From: a bacterium | GTDB lineage: Bacteria > SM23-31 | Assembly: GCA_965249485.1 (NCBI GenBank) | Contig: OZ252239.1 | Span: forward strand, 832,001-896,000 | Direction of reading: 5' to 3' | DNA length: 64,000 nt | In this document: piece by piece, positions 1 through 10,753 of the stretch | Position numbering within the stretch: position 1 is the first letter of the stretch | How the letters are laid out: every line of letters starts with the position of its first letter | The notes under the pieces: generated by a model | The model's input: the letters and a program-made list of their open reading frames with translations, nothing else | The model's database searches: none | Told to the model about the DNA's origin: nothing | Made by a program: the position numbers and the translations under genes

Positions 1-414
1 TTGAGTGGCTTAATTATTTGCAATGCTCTTTTTGCTATGATTCTTGGACACTGGTATTTGAACGTCGCCAAGTTACCCATCAGATATCTTCAACGGGTAA
101 CAAACGTCATGCTAATCCTACTGTCGCTCCGGCTGGTGTGGGACCTGTATGCAGTTATTGCAGTAGATGTGACTATCATGGGCACGATGGTGCCTTTAGT
201 TAACTTTTTGCATCTTATTGAGGGAGTCTTTATTTATCTTGCATTCTTTTTTGGCGCTCTATTCCCATTGGTTATAACATTTATGGCCCTAAGATCATTG
301 AAGGTGAGTGCAACTCAATCGGCGACAGGTTTATTGTATATAGGGGTGATATCAGTTGCTATGGGTGATTTAATTTATAAATATTATCTTTTGCAGTATG
401 GGCTGGTATTGTAA
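1..414 (+). CDS. Polytopic membrane protein, 5'-partial
   Basis: Open from window start, several hydrophobic helices, motifs MILGHWYL and TQSATGLLY; stop overlaps next ATG (TAATG). Confidence 0.75.
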   Translation: MSGLIICNALFAMILGHWYLNVAKLPIRYLQRVTNVMLILLSLRLVWDLYAVIAVDVTIMGTMVPLVNFLHLIEGVFIYLAFFFGALFPLVITFMALRSLKVSATQSATGLLYIGVISVAMGDLIYKYYLLQYGLVL

Positions 415-821
415 TGCCTTCCATAACAGGGACGTGCGAAAACTGTAATGAGCCGTTTAACATAGAAGCATCGAGTATAACACAATTATCCTGTACACGT
501 TGCGGTGATCGCACATGGAACATTACACCAGAACTGGACGTATTTACCCAATGTCCCTTTTGCGGCTGTGAGCACTTTTATAAACAGAAAGACTTTAACA
601 AAGTAATCGGGTGTGGATTAGTTTTTATTGGTGCGGTTTTAGTACCTTTTACATATGGATTAAGTTTATTGGTGCTGGCGATTTTTGACTGGATAATGTA
701 TCAGCGTTTACCGCAAATGGCTATCTGCTATCGCTGCCGAACAGAATACCGGGGTTATGACCTTCCTGAGAACATTCAGGGATTCAATCACTGGACGGGA
801 TGGGCAACCGAAAAGAACTGA
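414..821 (+). CDS. Cys-rich (Zn-ribbon-like) membrane protein
   Basis: Four CxxC pairs (CENC, CTRC, CPFC, CYRC) around a two-helix hydrophobic hairpin; translationally coupled to upstream gene. Confidence 0.75.
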   Translation: MPSITGTCENCNEPFNIEASSITQLSCTRCGDRTWNITPELDVFTQCPFCGCEHFYKQKDFNKVIGCGLVFIGAVLVPFTYGLSLLVLAIFDWIMYQRLPQMAICYRCRTEYRGYDLPENIQGFNHWTGWATEKN

Positions 822-892
822 AACATGAGCTGTTCGCTTTATAAAATGTGACCAGTCGGATATCAAAATTATCTATTAATATAGGAGGAATA

Positions 893-1630
893 ATGTTGAA
901 AACATCTGTCTGCCTTGTAGTGTCTCTTGCAGCATTTCTTTTGATAACAGCCGTGGCTCCCAATGAAGGTGCAACAGCCGCAGCTCCCTATGAAGGTGCA
1001 ACCATTACAGGCACAATCAATTTCGAGGGAGAGGTACCAACACTAAGAATCCTGGCGATGAATGCTGATGCGGTATGTGAAATGAAGCACACCGAACCGG
1101 TCAAATCGGAAGCCCTTGTATTGGGGGAAGGAAACACGATGGCAAACGTTTTCGTCCGTGTTGTGAGTGGCTTAACGAAAAAAAATTACCCGGTACCGGA
1201 AGAGCCGGCAGTTCTCGATCAGAATGGTTGTGTATACAAACCACATGTCATGGGTATAAGAGTTAATCAGGAGCTCAAAATCCTGAATTCCGACGGCATA
1301 TTACACAATATTCATCCGCTGCCGAAAGTTAACGATGAGTTCAATATGGCGATGCCTAAATTTCGGAAAGAAGCCATAAGAAAATTTGAAGAAGAAGAAT
1401 TCATTATCCCGGTAAAATGTGATGTGCATCCTTGGATGCAGAGCTACATTGCGGTATTATCTCATCCTTTCTTCGCCATATCCAACATTGATGGAAAGTT
1501 TTCTATCGACGGCCTGGATCCTGGGACATACGAAATTGAAGCATGGCACGAGCGAATGGGTGTCCAGAAAGCTACCGTGGTAATCGCCGCCGATGAGACC
1601 AAAACCGTCGACTTTACATACAAGCGATAA
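893..1630 (+). CDS. Exported cupredoxin-like protein with C-terminal carboxypeptidase-regulatory-like beta domain
   Basis: AGGAGG RBS before ATG 893; signal peptide; HNIH ... CDVHPWM resembles a type-1 Cu His/Cys/His/Met set; GKFSIDGLDPGTYEIEAWHE C-terminus. Confidence 0.75.
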   Translation: MLKTSVCLVVSLAAFLLITAVAPNEGATAAAPYEGATITGTINFEGEVPTLRILAMNADAVCEMKHTEPVKSEALVLGEGNTMANVFVRVVSGLTKKNYPVPEEPAVLDQNGCVYKPHVMGIRVNQELKILNSDGILHNIHPLPKVNDEFNMAMPKFRKEAIRKFEEEEFIIPVKCDVHPWMQSYIAVLSHPFFAISNIDGKFSIDGLDPGTYEIEAWHERMGVQKATVVIAADETKTVDFTYKR

Positions 1631-1805
1631 AACCGGTTTGCGGAATATCATATAAGACCCAGTATGCTGGATTAGGAAAAAGTATGAATTATTTTACAAA
1701 TTGATAAGGCTGTATGGTGCTTTACTTCGCTATTCCGAATACCGATTATAATAAAGCTAACTGGTCATAACCTGACATCATTCACAATTCGTTAAAAAGA
1801 AGATA

Positions 1806-2135
1806 ATGGCAAAAAAAGCATATGATCATTACAAAACGGTGCCTGAATTACCCGATAAGTTTGGTGTAAAAAAGAAAAAGCCCAGATTAATGGCGGTAGT
1901 TGACGAAGATAGCTGCACCGGATGTGGGGTATGTATCCCTTTTTGTCCGATTGATTGCATCGAAACCGTTCCAAAGGAAAAATACAACATTCCGATACCT
2001 CCCGTCCAGATAATTTTTAACGAATGTACCGGCTGTCAAATATGTGCCAAGGTCTGCACGAAACTGACTTGGGATGCCATCCGTATGCTCCCCACTGAGA
2101 AATTTGAGGAGATTTACGGTATTGAGATTGACTAA
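1806..2135 (+). CDS. 2x[4Fe-4S] ferredoxin
   Basis: CTGCGVCIPFCP and CTGCQICAKVC motifs. Confidence 0.9.
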   Translation: MAKKAYDHYKTVPELPDKFGVKKKKPRLMAVVDEDSCTGCGVCIPFCPIDCIETVPKEKYNIPIPPVQIIFNECTGCQICAKVCTKLTWDAIRMLPTEKFEEIYGIEID

Positions 2136-2219
2136 GGAGTTTGATAGGGTCTCTACGGGAGAATCTTGCCCTTTACTTTCACCCATTTAACTATTGAAGT
2201 ATAGTAAGGTAAAGCCGTC

Positions 2220-2705
2220 ATGTGGTTTTTTATGTTTGCTTGTTATCTACTGACGCTCGTTTCAGTTATCTTATTGGCAGTAGTTGGCTGTCAGGGCTAT
2301 TTTCACTTCCAGGTAATGGGTTTGAACCATCCTTCTTTTGCGCTTTTTACGACGATTATTTATCTTTTCACGGAAACTCTAGTGATGTTCTTCTTTGTAG
2401 GTACCGGTATTAGTATAAAAGAATATGTAAAGGAACAAGAAAAGGACCCTGAATATTACTCGCGGGCCACATCCATCAAACGGACACTTTATCCGCCATT
2501 GTTGCTGAATATCGTCCTGGTAATGACTGTATTTATTATTGGCGGAGGAGTTGATACGCGTGTCCTACCAGGATGGCTCCATGGTGCTCTGTTTATCGTC
2601 GCCTTTTTACATTTTATTAAAACGATCATAGTTCAGCATCGCTGCTTCAAGGCGAATACGAATATAATTCTTGACATGTCTGGCATACAACACAAGAGTT
2701 CTTAA
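2220..2705 (+). CDS. Four-helix membrane protein, unknown function
   Basis: 161 aa, four hydrophobic segments with several His residues. Confidence 0.75.
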   Translation: MWFFMFACYLLTLVSVILLAVVGCQGYFHFQVMGLNHPSFALFTTIIYLFTETLVMFFFVGTGISIKEYVKEQEKDPEYYSRATSIKRTLYPPLLLNIVLVMTVFIIGGGVDTRVLPGWLHGALFIVAFLHFIKTIIVQHRCFKANTNIILDMSGIQHKSS

Positions 2706-2709
2706 GAAC

Positions 2710-2913
2710 ATGGAATACGTTGCTACTCTTGTTCTTGCGATTCTAATTGGATTGGGTGTCGCTCTCTTCCGTGCGCAGAGAACACTCAACCTTCGCGAAG
2801 ACGAACAGGAATCAGATCTCGAAGAATGGATTTGTCCGGAATGCGGATTTACCGTACAGGCAGGCTCTGAATGTATCTACTGCCATACGAATAAACCTCG
2901 GTCAGTTGGTTAA
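2710..2913 (+). CDS. Small membrane-anchored Zn-ribbon/rubredoxin-like protein
   Basis: ATG 2710 just after previous stop; N-terminal TM helix, then WICPECG...CIYCH. Confidence 0.65.
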   Translation: MEYVATLVLAILIGLGVALFRAQRTLNLREDEQESDLEEWICPECGFTVQAGSECIYCHTNKPRSVG

Positions 2914-2926
2914 ATATGATAGGGTT

Positions 2927-3088
2927 ATGTACTACGTTGCAAGAATCAGCCAGGCGCTCGGATTGGGAATAATTATGGTTGGATTTATATCTTCTTTTCC
3001 GGAATTAATAAACATAAGGTATTTGTTTGCTGGTTTAATACTGTATCTGTTCGGCTGGTTGATACAGCGTTATATGCTGCACGAATAG
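2927..3088 (+). CDS. Small two-helix membrane protein (53 aa)
   Basis: MYYVARISQALGLGIIMVGF...; operonic spacing; ends 8 bp from the convergent cytochrome gene. Confidence 0.55.
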   Translation: MYYVARISQALGLGIIMVGFISSFPELINIRYLFAGLILYLFGWLIQRYMLHE

Positions 3089-3096
3089 TTTTGTTG

Positions 3097-5994
3097 CTAT
3101 TCAATTGTCAGTAAATAGTCTCTGAGAACGCGAATTTGCTCGTGTTCATCCCCGTTTAGAATGTCATCTGGTCCGGAGTATTCAAAAAATTCCTCAACAA
3201 AGTAAGTAGGCATCTTCGTTCCAGGCAATAGGGACTGAGGATCCATAATCCAATCGATAATCCAATCTGGTTTCAAACGCTCGCTCCCAAGAGCGAAGTT
3301 CGGTGCCCAGTTGTCGGGCGACCCACCAGGAAAAACGTCTCCGGCAATATGGCAGCTTCCGCAGGAGAAATAATCACTCGAGAAAAGTTTTTTCCCCGCA
3401 GCAAGCTCGGTAGAAGTCAGGTTTGGTTCAAATATGTCAACAAATGGAAAATCCTGATCATCCAGAAAACTGAAATATCGAATCATCATATTTGTTTGAG
3501 CCTCGGTAAATGCAAAGGTTGGCATCCGAGTCTTCAGCCACGGGCGAACGATCTCCGGATTCCGAAAAAAATGATAGAGCCAGTTCGTCTGCACCTTTTT
3601 TCCTTCTCCTATCAGATTCGGAGGGCTGAAACTTTGTGTAATCGCAGCAGCTTCGGTTTCACCCCGGTCATCATATTTCATGAGCCAGTCTGTGACCATC
3701 GGTTGAATGGCACCCCCGTCGTTTTCAATGATATGGCAGCCCTGACAATTATATTCCCGTACAATCCATTGTCCTTCCTCAACGTACAGATTTTTCGGTG
3801 TGCGGGGATTAATTTTGGATGCCAATGCCCTCTCTTCGGTCAATCCAAGAAGAACTGTTACAATGGCTTCAACTTCCTCATCGGTATACTCAAAGTTTGG
3901 CATGTGCAACTTTTCGCCCGGAAGCTTCACTTTGTCCTTGTCAAAGATGCGCGGCTCTTTCAACTTCTGGGTGAACCAGGCGCGCCTGGTATGATCAATA
4001 TCCACAAAACCAAAATCTAACCGCTCAACGCTTTTGCTTCCTTCGAAGCTTAACTCCGTACCGATAGGTTTATCTTCGTCAAAACCCGGTATGTTATGAC
4101 ACCCGAAACAACCATAAAAGCGGATAAGGTTTTCACCGTTATAGGTGAGCTTATCCTCTTGGGTTAATCGCTCAACTTCCATTTGAGCTTCAACATCCGA
4201 CATTGTCATATTCAAGAACTCAGCGGCAATTCGATCCTGAATCTCTTCATCGATATCAGGAAATGGTGTGTCCATAAAACCTTCCTGGTTGAGCGTAAGA
4301 AGGTATGCGGTAATATCTGCGGCTTCCTGATCAGTTAAGCGAAGATTCGGCATTTTCGTTTCCGGGAAATAAGCCTCAGGGTTCTTAAGCCAGTTGTACA
4401 CCCACTTTTCTGTGGTTTTGGATCCCACACCTATCAGGTTGGGACCATGATCCCGTCGTAGTGTCTGCAGTGACGTCTCCCGTTCGATTTCTTCTGATTC
4501 CATCCGGTGACACCCAAAACACCCGAGAGATGCCACCAGTTCTTCACCATTTGTTGCGACCCCGTTTCGCTCAACAGAGTTCATCTCAAAGGCACTGCTG
4601 TTGCCGAACAAATAATGAACAATGGCCTGAATCTCCTGGTCGGTTCTCTTGACATATTCGGTATCGCTGTTGTTTGATTGACCGAAAAATCTGGGCATCC
4701 AGGTATTGTGCCTGAACGATTTGGGATTGTTGATCCAGCGCATTGCCCAGTCTTTGTTAAGCTTTGATGCAATTTGGTTCAGATCAGGACCTACACGTCT
4801 TTTATCTTCATATTTCTCTATAACGTGACATCCAAAACAACCGGACCGTTCGACCAGATTCAATCCCAGATTCAATTGGTCGGCGCCGGCAATGAGGGTC
4901 TCTTCGTAGTGGCAACTCAGACAACCGGCTTCCACGTTTTTCATAGAATACATGGGTGCTTCCCAGTGTTCCATGTGGTGCCACCCATATTTATCCTCCC
5001 ACTCTTTCTGCTGTTCCGGAGTCGACGGTATATGAGCGGCTGATGTGAAATCGGTTCCACGACCCCTACCACCATGACAGCTCGTACACCCGAAATCTTC
5101 TACCGGATGAGGAGAAGAACTGGTAACAAAGAGTTCCAGGCGTGGGTGCGCCTTAAAAGGGTTCTCCGCATCTTTATACTCGATACCCTGCAATCCCTGA
5201 TGGCAGGTTGTACACCGGTCAACCTTAGGAACTTTTGTAAAATTCACATTATCGACAATGTCGCTTATAACTACCTGATCAATTTTGTGATAGGGTTGAA
5301 GGAAATCAACAACGGGCAGATCGCGAAACCAGTTACCGATCTTGTTGGCAAAACTCATCTCCTCGGGATCTACTACAGAAAGCTTAATCTGCAGGAGATC
5401 AACTTCTTTCCGTATTGCATTGATTTCACTCTGTATCTCGTAGATATCCGCGCCGAATACATCAATCACTGCCTGCTGCTCAATCATTTCTTTTTCAGAT
5501 GCTTCTGAGACAAGGCGCAATTCATCCTTCCTTTGATTTAATTCATCCAGATGATGCTTGGTTCTATCCACGCTACCAGACCCACGCGCAACTGCTTGCT
5601 CATATTCATACTTTGCCACGTCATAATCAGCCACAACGAAACGGGAAGCCTGGCTATCATTGTACTGGCGTTCTTCGATCTCCGATAATTTGCTCTGTGC
5701 TTCCTCTAATTCAACGGATTTTTCCTCAAAAATTGCATTGGCTTCTTCTAACCTTATTGTCAACTCCTGATATTCTTCCTGCTCCTCCACTGCGGACATC
5801 ATTTCGGAGATAGCAGCTCGGGTATTTTCGACTTCCAAGCCCCGGAATTCTCTTTGATAATCTTTCCATTCACGAGTATAGTCATTCACAAACGTCCAAA
5901 TCAGCGATAGAAAGAATACCAAACTGGAAATCATGAACCATTTGTTTAGAGTGTTGATTTTATAATAGCGTTCATCCTTCTGATGTTCCGTCAT
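3097..5994 (-). CDS. Membrane-anchored octaheme cytochrome c subunit of Rieske/cytochrome b complex
   Basis: Eight CxxCH motifs (CTTCH, CTSCH, CLSCH, CFGCH x3, CQGCH, CGSCH); N-terminal TM helix, long coiled-coil, repeated GPxL...MP class I cytochrome modules. Confidence 0.92.
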   Translation of the reverse strand: MTEHQKDERYYKINTLNKWFMISSLVFFLSLIWTFVNDYTREWKDYQREFRGLEVENTRAAISEMMSAVEEQEEYQELTIRLEEANAIFEEKSVELEEAQSKLSEIEERQYNDSQASRFVVADYDVAKYEYEQAVARGSGSVDRTKHHLDELNQRKDELRLVSEASEKEMIEQQAVIDVFGADIYEIQSEINAIRKEVDLLQIKLSVVDPEEMSFANKIGNWFRDLPVVDFLQPYHKIDQVVISDIVDNVNFTKVPKVDRCTTCHQGLQGIEYKDAENPFKAHPRLELFVTSSSPHPVEDFGCTSCHGGRGRGTDFTSAAHIPSTPEQQKEWEDKYGWHHMEHWEAPMYSMKNVEAGCLSCHYEETLIAGADQLNLGLNLVERSGCFGCHVIEKYEDKRRVGPDLNQIASKLNKDWAMRWINNPKSFRHNTWMPRFFGQSNNSDTEYVKRTDQEIQAIVHYLFGNSSAFEMNSVERNGVATNGEELVASLGCFGCHRMESEEIERETSLQTLRRDHGPNLIGVGSKTTEKWVYNWLKNPEAYFPETKMPNLRLTDQEAADITAYLLTLNQEGFMDTPFPDIDEEIQDRIAAEFLNMTMSDVEAQMEVERLTQEDKLTYNGENLIRFYGCFGCHNIPGFDEDKPIGTELSFEGSKSVERLDFGFVDIDHTRRAWFTQKLKEPRIFDKDKVKLPGEKLHMPNFEYTDEEVEAIVTVLLGLTEERALASKINPRTPKNLYVEEGQWIVREYNCQGCHIIENDGGAIQPMVTDWLMKYDDRGETEAAAITQSFSPPNLIGEGKKVQTNWLYHFFRNPEIVRPWLKTRMPTFAFTEAQTNMMIRYFSFLDDQDFPFVDIFEPNLTSTELAAGKKLFSSDYFSCGSCHIAGDVFPGGSPDNWAPNFALGSERLKPDWIIDWIMDPQSLLPGTKMPTYFVEEFFEYSGPDDILNGDEHEQIRVLRDYLLTIE

Positions 5995-6005
5995 AAACGT
6001 TCCTT

Positions 6006-7123
6006 CTAAATGTTAAAGAAAAATTCCGGTATCGCGACAATGTATTTCAGATTTATCATCCACCGCAAATACATTTTGATGGGAAGACTCAGCGCAGCCA
6101 GGAAAAGAAACATGAAAACACTGTACCTGACATTACCCATCTTTAAGTATAAATCTTTTAAGAATGTTTTTGCGAAGAGCGGCGGCAAGACTAAAAAATA
6201 TCCCAAAACTAGTAAATCCCGAATATCTCCCGGACAATGACATTTTGTGGTAAACTTGTCCTGAAAAGAAATAGATAAATGTATTCGGAAAGGTTGACGT
6301 TCGACAAGGCTTCAATCTTGCCAATATCCCAGGTTTCGAAGGGTCCGAAGATGTTCCAGTTTGGTCCTCTGAGAATAGTACCAACCCCCATCAGGAAAAT
6401 CCAGAGCACTAGAAAACTGAAGAGAAAAAAGGAGATCGCCATCATCCTCTCTTTGTAGCAATAATATCCCGATCCCTTTGAATTAAAATCAAAATACGGG
6501 ATTGCCATCAGTCCAACAATTATAATGGTAGGAAATAACACTCCTGCAATCCACGGATCAAAATATACCAACATTTCCTGTAGACCGAGAAAATACCATG
6601 GTGCCTTCGAAGGATTCGGCGTCATGGCGGGATTGGCAGGCGCTTCCAACGGCGCCGAGATACCAATGGACCACACCAGCAGGAGAACTGTGCAAAGAAT
6701 CAATGCGATAAATTCGACATACACCAAGTCTGGCCATACAAGAACATTTTCATGTGTCTCCGACTTTTCATCGGGTTGTTCGCCTTTCTCAAGTCGTTCG
6801 TCATTTTCGATCGCCTGTTTCATACTCAACCAGGTGAAAAACATGACGAGAAATATGAGGCCGACTATAGGTATGTTATCCGGTTTAAAGACGATTAATC
6901 GAAAATTAGCATCGGTTAATCCGAACAGGTAGAAAGCAACCATGATAGCCAGGAGAACGATTCCACCCGTATTTGTCCAGATTTTCCGGATCCTCAATTT
7001 ATTATTCCACTTCATGAACCAGTTTGTCGGGGGGAAAATGAAGAAGAACAACAAAATTATTATCGTGAGCATCACCGTCGGATTGCTAACCGAATTAATA
7101 ATTTCTTTCAAAAATTGCATCAT
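6006..7123 (-). CDS. petD: Cytochrome b C-terminal part (subunit IV-like) with extra TM helices; one-base frameshift near 6214-6216
   Basis: VWPDL, APLEAPANP, PNPSKAPWYFLGLQE motifs; adding one T to the TTT run restores ...REIFGILLVLGYFLVLPP and joins ORFs 6209..7123 and 6006..6206. Confidence 0.8.
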
Positions 7124-7229
7124 TCGTACCCGTTTGTATCAAAGTTATCTTACTTATGAAAGGTTGAGATATTAAATAAAATGTAATTCGAATGTCGTTT
7201 CAAAAATAACACAATACCTGGCAGACATA

Positions 7230-8030
7230 TCACAACGGGGTAGAAATCCCCCCGTCTTTTCTAATCCGCCAAAAATGAATTGCCATGAACACCATAATAA
7301 CCACCGGTAGTCCGATGCAGTGTAACACATAAAACCTGAGCAAAGCTGCCTCTCCAACTGTGCGGCCCGCTAATAGCGCAAACCGGACATCGCTCCCAGC
7401 ATGTATCAGATTGATGTCTCCAATACTCAGAAGAACAGCTCCGGGTCCTTCGGTTCCGAGAAAAGGAGTTGCTCTCGCCATATTTGTTCCTACGGTGATC
7501 GCCCAGATTGCCAGTTGATCCCACGGCAGCAAATATCCGGTAAAGCTGAGGAGGAGAGTCAATAACATAAGAACCACTCCGATTGCCCAGTTAAATTCAC
7601 GTGGAGGTTTATACGATCCGGTCATGAATACCCGAAACATATGGAGCCAGACGGAAATAACCATAAGATGGGCACCCCACCGATGGATTTCACGCATAAT
7701 GCCGAGGGGTACTTGCTCAGCTAAGTCTATGATATCGGTATAAGCGTATTCGACAGTAGGTCGATAATAGAACATCAGGAGGATGCCTGTTATTGTCTCT
7801 ACGAGGAATAGATAAAACGTCAATCCGCCCATACACCATGTATATTTTACTTTAACAGCATGTTTTGGGAGGCGGACCGGATGCAGATGCAAAAAGACGT
7901 TGTTGAGAACTGACATCATTCGCTGGCGACGGCTTACCGGTACACCGGTGCGAAATATAGACTTCCACACTTGAGAATCCGCCAGCTTTTCAAGAAGATT
8001 CATTTCTGTCTTAGGGGTCTTGTTTGCCAT
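7230..8030 (-). CDS. petB: Cytochrome b6-type N-terminal subunit
   Basis: WCMGG (heme ci Cys position), [33 protein letters not shown]-x14-H heme b ligands, ends GGISTPL. Confidence 0.93.
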   Translation of the reverse strand: MANKTPKTEMNLLEKLADSQVWKSIFRTGVPVSRRQRMMSVLNNVFLHLHPVRLPKHAVKVKYTWCMGGLTFYLFLVETITGILLMFYYRPTVEYAYTDIIDLAEQVPLGIMREIHRWGAHLMVISVWLHMFRVFMTGSYKPPREFNWAIGVVLMLLTLLLSFTGYLLPWDQLAIWAITVGTNMARATPFLGTEGPGAVLLSIGDINLIHAGSDVRFALLAGRTVGEAALLRFYVLHCIGLPVVIMVFMAIHFWRIRKDGGISTPL

Positions 8031-8233
8031 AGGGTTTCCAGCTCCGTTTAAATTATGTCATCATTCAAAAAATTTACACACTTTTTTAGTATATTGTACC
8101 TGATATAGTGCATTTAATAAAAATTCGATTTTGTCAGATATGTTGAATTGAGTTCAGCATAACAATCCTTTAAACATATAATACAACTACTCAGAAGCAC
8201 AATACTATCGCTTCTAAAACTTAAACTCAACTA

Positions 8234-8851
8234 TCATACCGGCAAGAATGAATCAGGATCGTTCCATTCGCCCTTTTCCTGCTGATACTTTCTTGTTTTA
8301 TCAATAAGTATCTGACCATCCTCGGCTAAAACGATCCGGAACCGTTCGAGCGGTCTGGGTGCCGGTCCCTCAAAATTGATCCCTGTCTGGTAAAATCCGC
8401 TTCCATGACAGGGACATTTGAATTTTCTATCATTCTTCAGCCAGTTGGGAGTGCACCCCAGATGGGTACAAGTGGTCGATAACACATAGATATACCTGGA
8501 TGTTCTGATTAACCAGATACCAAATTGCTCCTTCCATCGCTCATCAACCGCTCCAATGGTATAATCATCCGCATAACCGACTTTGAATGTCAACGGGGGT
8601 TCGAAGAGAACGTTCGGATATAAGAACCGCACGATCATGGTCAGGAATGCAAGAGTCGCCCCGGAAAAAGCAATCCAGGCTACCCCCAACCAAGAAAATG
8701 CCGAACGTCTGGACATCTCGGCTACCTTCCCCGTCTGCTCCTCCCCTATCGAAGCTTTTGGAACCGACCGTGCCGGTTTCTCCGTCGTCGAAGAATTCTC
8801 TTCAGTCGGATTTTTCTTCTCTTCTTCGTTCTTGTTTAATTTTTCATTCAT
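8234..8851 (-). CDS. petC: Rieske [2Fe-2S] subunit
   Basis: SRRSAF Tat-like motif plus TM helix; CTHLGC and CPCHGS boxes; GPAPRPL. Confidence 0.93.
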   Translation of the reverse strand: MNEKLNKNEEEKKNPTEENSSTTEKPARSVPKASIGEEQTGKVAEMSRRSAFSWLGVAWIAFSGATLAFLTMIVRFLYPNVLFEPPLTFKVGYADDYTIGAVDERWKEQFGIWLIRTSRYIYVLSTTCTHLGCTPNWLKNDRKFKCPCHGSGFYQTGINFEGPAPRPLERFRIVLAEDGQILIDKTRKYQQEKGEWNDPDSFLPV

Positions 8852-8892
8852 ATTGTTTTTGCCAATAAGTAGATTGAATAAGTAAGTATCCG

Positions 8893-9783
8893 CTATTTTT
8901 GTATAGTATTCTCCTGTCGCATTGCAAGAAGCTGCAGCGCTGTTTTTCTGACCTCCATGTTTCTTGCAGTTCTACTTAATTCTTCAATCGCCTCATCCAA
9001 AAGAGGATCATTCAACAATTCCGCAACCTTTATGGCAACCAGCATTGCCTGATTACGCTCGGAGAAATCAACCTCTTTGAAATCTTCAAGATAACTTTCG
9101 TCCAGCAGGCTCAATAGTACGTCTCTTCCTGTATTATCCCCCATTTTCGCAAGGGCAACTGCGGCATCCCACCGGACATTAGGTTCCCTGTCGTAGAGCG
9201 ACTTACGGAGTACCTCCAGAGAACTCGGATCAGCTATCTTGCCAAGTGCAATGACCGTCTGTAATCTTATGCTGGAGTTGGCATGATCGAGAAACGAATA
9301 CAAGGATGTTGCCGCCTTTGTCTGCCGCAGATTGCCAAGAGCGTTGATGATGGCAGGCAGATTATCTTCTCTTGCATTCGGCAACGCCTCAACGAGCGGG
9401 TCCAAAAAGCTTGGATTACCAGTTCTTCCCATTGCAAGAGCAAGGTATTGTCGTACCCTAACATCGTCATGCTCTACCTGACCAAAAATATTGATAATTT
9501 CGGAAAAGAATCGCTGATTTTGCGCAATGGTATTCGGTTTGTTCAGAATCTGGGATAATTCGTAAGCAGCTTGCCAGCGTCTGCTTGCACCGCCTACTTT
9601 GATATCATTGAGGTAATCTAATGGTGACTGCTCTTCCTGCGTCAGTAAACTGACAAAAGTAAAGAAGAAAACTCCAAGAACCGCTATTAAAACGGGAATG
9701 ACAACAAATGAATGAATCAAAACCTTTAGAACCGACTTTGCTTCTCGCGTGTCATCATCTTTTGCGTTGATCTGGTGATCCAT
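8893..9783 (-). CDS. Membrane-anchored HEAT-repeat (PBS-lyase-like) protein
   Basis: N-terminal TM helix; repeated VR..AA.ALG motifs. Confidence 0.85.
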   Translation of the reverse strand: MDHQINAKDDDTREAKSVLKVLIHSFVVIPVLIAVLGVFFFTFVSLLTQEEQSPLDYLNDIKVGGASRRWQAAYELSQILNKPNTIAQNQRFFSEIINIFGQVEHDDVRVRQYLALAMGRTGNPSFLDPLVEALPNAREDNLPAIINALGNLRQTKAATSLYSFLDHANSSIRLQTVIALGKIADPSSLEVLRKSLYDREPNVRWDAAVALAKMGDNTGRDVLLSLLDESYLEDFKEVDFSERNQAMLVAIKVAELLNDPLLDEAIEELSRTARNMEVRKTALQLLAMRQENTIQK

Positions 9784-10159
9784 CTATAGTAAATTTTTCA
9801 GTTTCTTTATAAAAAGTACAGTTCCGTCAATGCAGATACTTATTAAAAGCCTAAATACGCAAGCAATACCCTCATATTTAAAAGCCGCTCAATGTTCCCT
9901 GCATTTGCTATATATAGTTATATCCAACTAAAAACAATAATGACAAAAATAAATTATACAAACATATTAGTCAAGTACTTTTTGACATGAAATCGTGCGC
10001 TGCTTACTCCCATGTGCAATTGAATTATATTTAATCTACTCGCGATTTTTCATAGATCTCTTCCACTTTCGACCACATCCTGATAATATTCCTTGAACAA
10101 ATCTACTGGAAGAGCGTTTTCGATAAATTCGGTGTACAGTTGCTCCACATTCGTCATTT

Positions 10160-10513
10160 TTAATGGAAAAAGTCCTTCGCTTCTTCGTTCAGGAGCGTCC
10201 AAAACGTATAAATGGTGATACCTGTACCAAACGGAAAATTGAGGAGCTGGACCGCAGCAACGACAACTATTGTGATACGAGCCCATTTCATTCTTTTGAA
10301 CATTCCCAATCCTCCGATAAACGCAGGTATCGATACAATCAACCAGATCCATGGAAAAATTTTAACCAAATCTGAATTGCCCAACATGTGATTAATATAT
10401 ATCGAGTGATTCCCGCCAGGCACAATGATAAAAATCATGATGAGTGAGACGAGAATACCGAAAGCGCCAAATACGGTATACATAATTCCTTGAATCGTTA
10501 TATGATGATTCAT
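10160..10513 (-). CDS. Small membrane protein
   Basis: 117 aa hydrophobic, WAR...LLNFPFGT..IYTFWTL; GGGGA RBS-like sequence upstream. Confidence 0.7.
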   Translation of the reverse strand: MNHHITIQGIMYTVFGAFGILVSLIMIFIIVPGGNHSIYINHMLGNSDLVKIFPWIWLIVSIPAFIGGLGMFKRMKWARITIVVVAAVQLLNFPFGTGITIYTFWTLLNEEAKDFFH

Positions 10514-10753
10514 ATGCCATCCCCATTAATGTTAATGAACATAAAGAAACAACCACAACGAGATATGAATGTCAAGAGTGATCAGAGAATAATTAAGGGT
10601 GCCGTGATTATTTATATCAACACCAATATCCTGAAATATCCTGAAATTTCCAGAAATTGAAGAGAGTAGAAGGAAATCTAACTGTTCGGCAGTAGAATTT
10701 GTACGCACGATAATAAGTCGAAAATTACGTATGTGAATCACAGAGGTTCTACA

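Noticed and set aside
819..821. TGA readthrough of the Cys-rich ORF
   Set aside because: Another TGA follows ten codons later and no motif is completed.
3349..6932. Plus-strand ORFs overlapping the cytochrome operon, and similar shadow ORFs elsewhere
   Set aside because: Antisense or alternate-frame to well-supported genes, no motifs or RBS.
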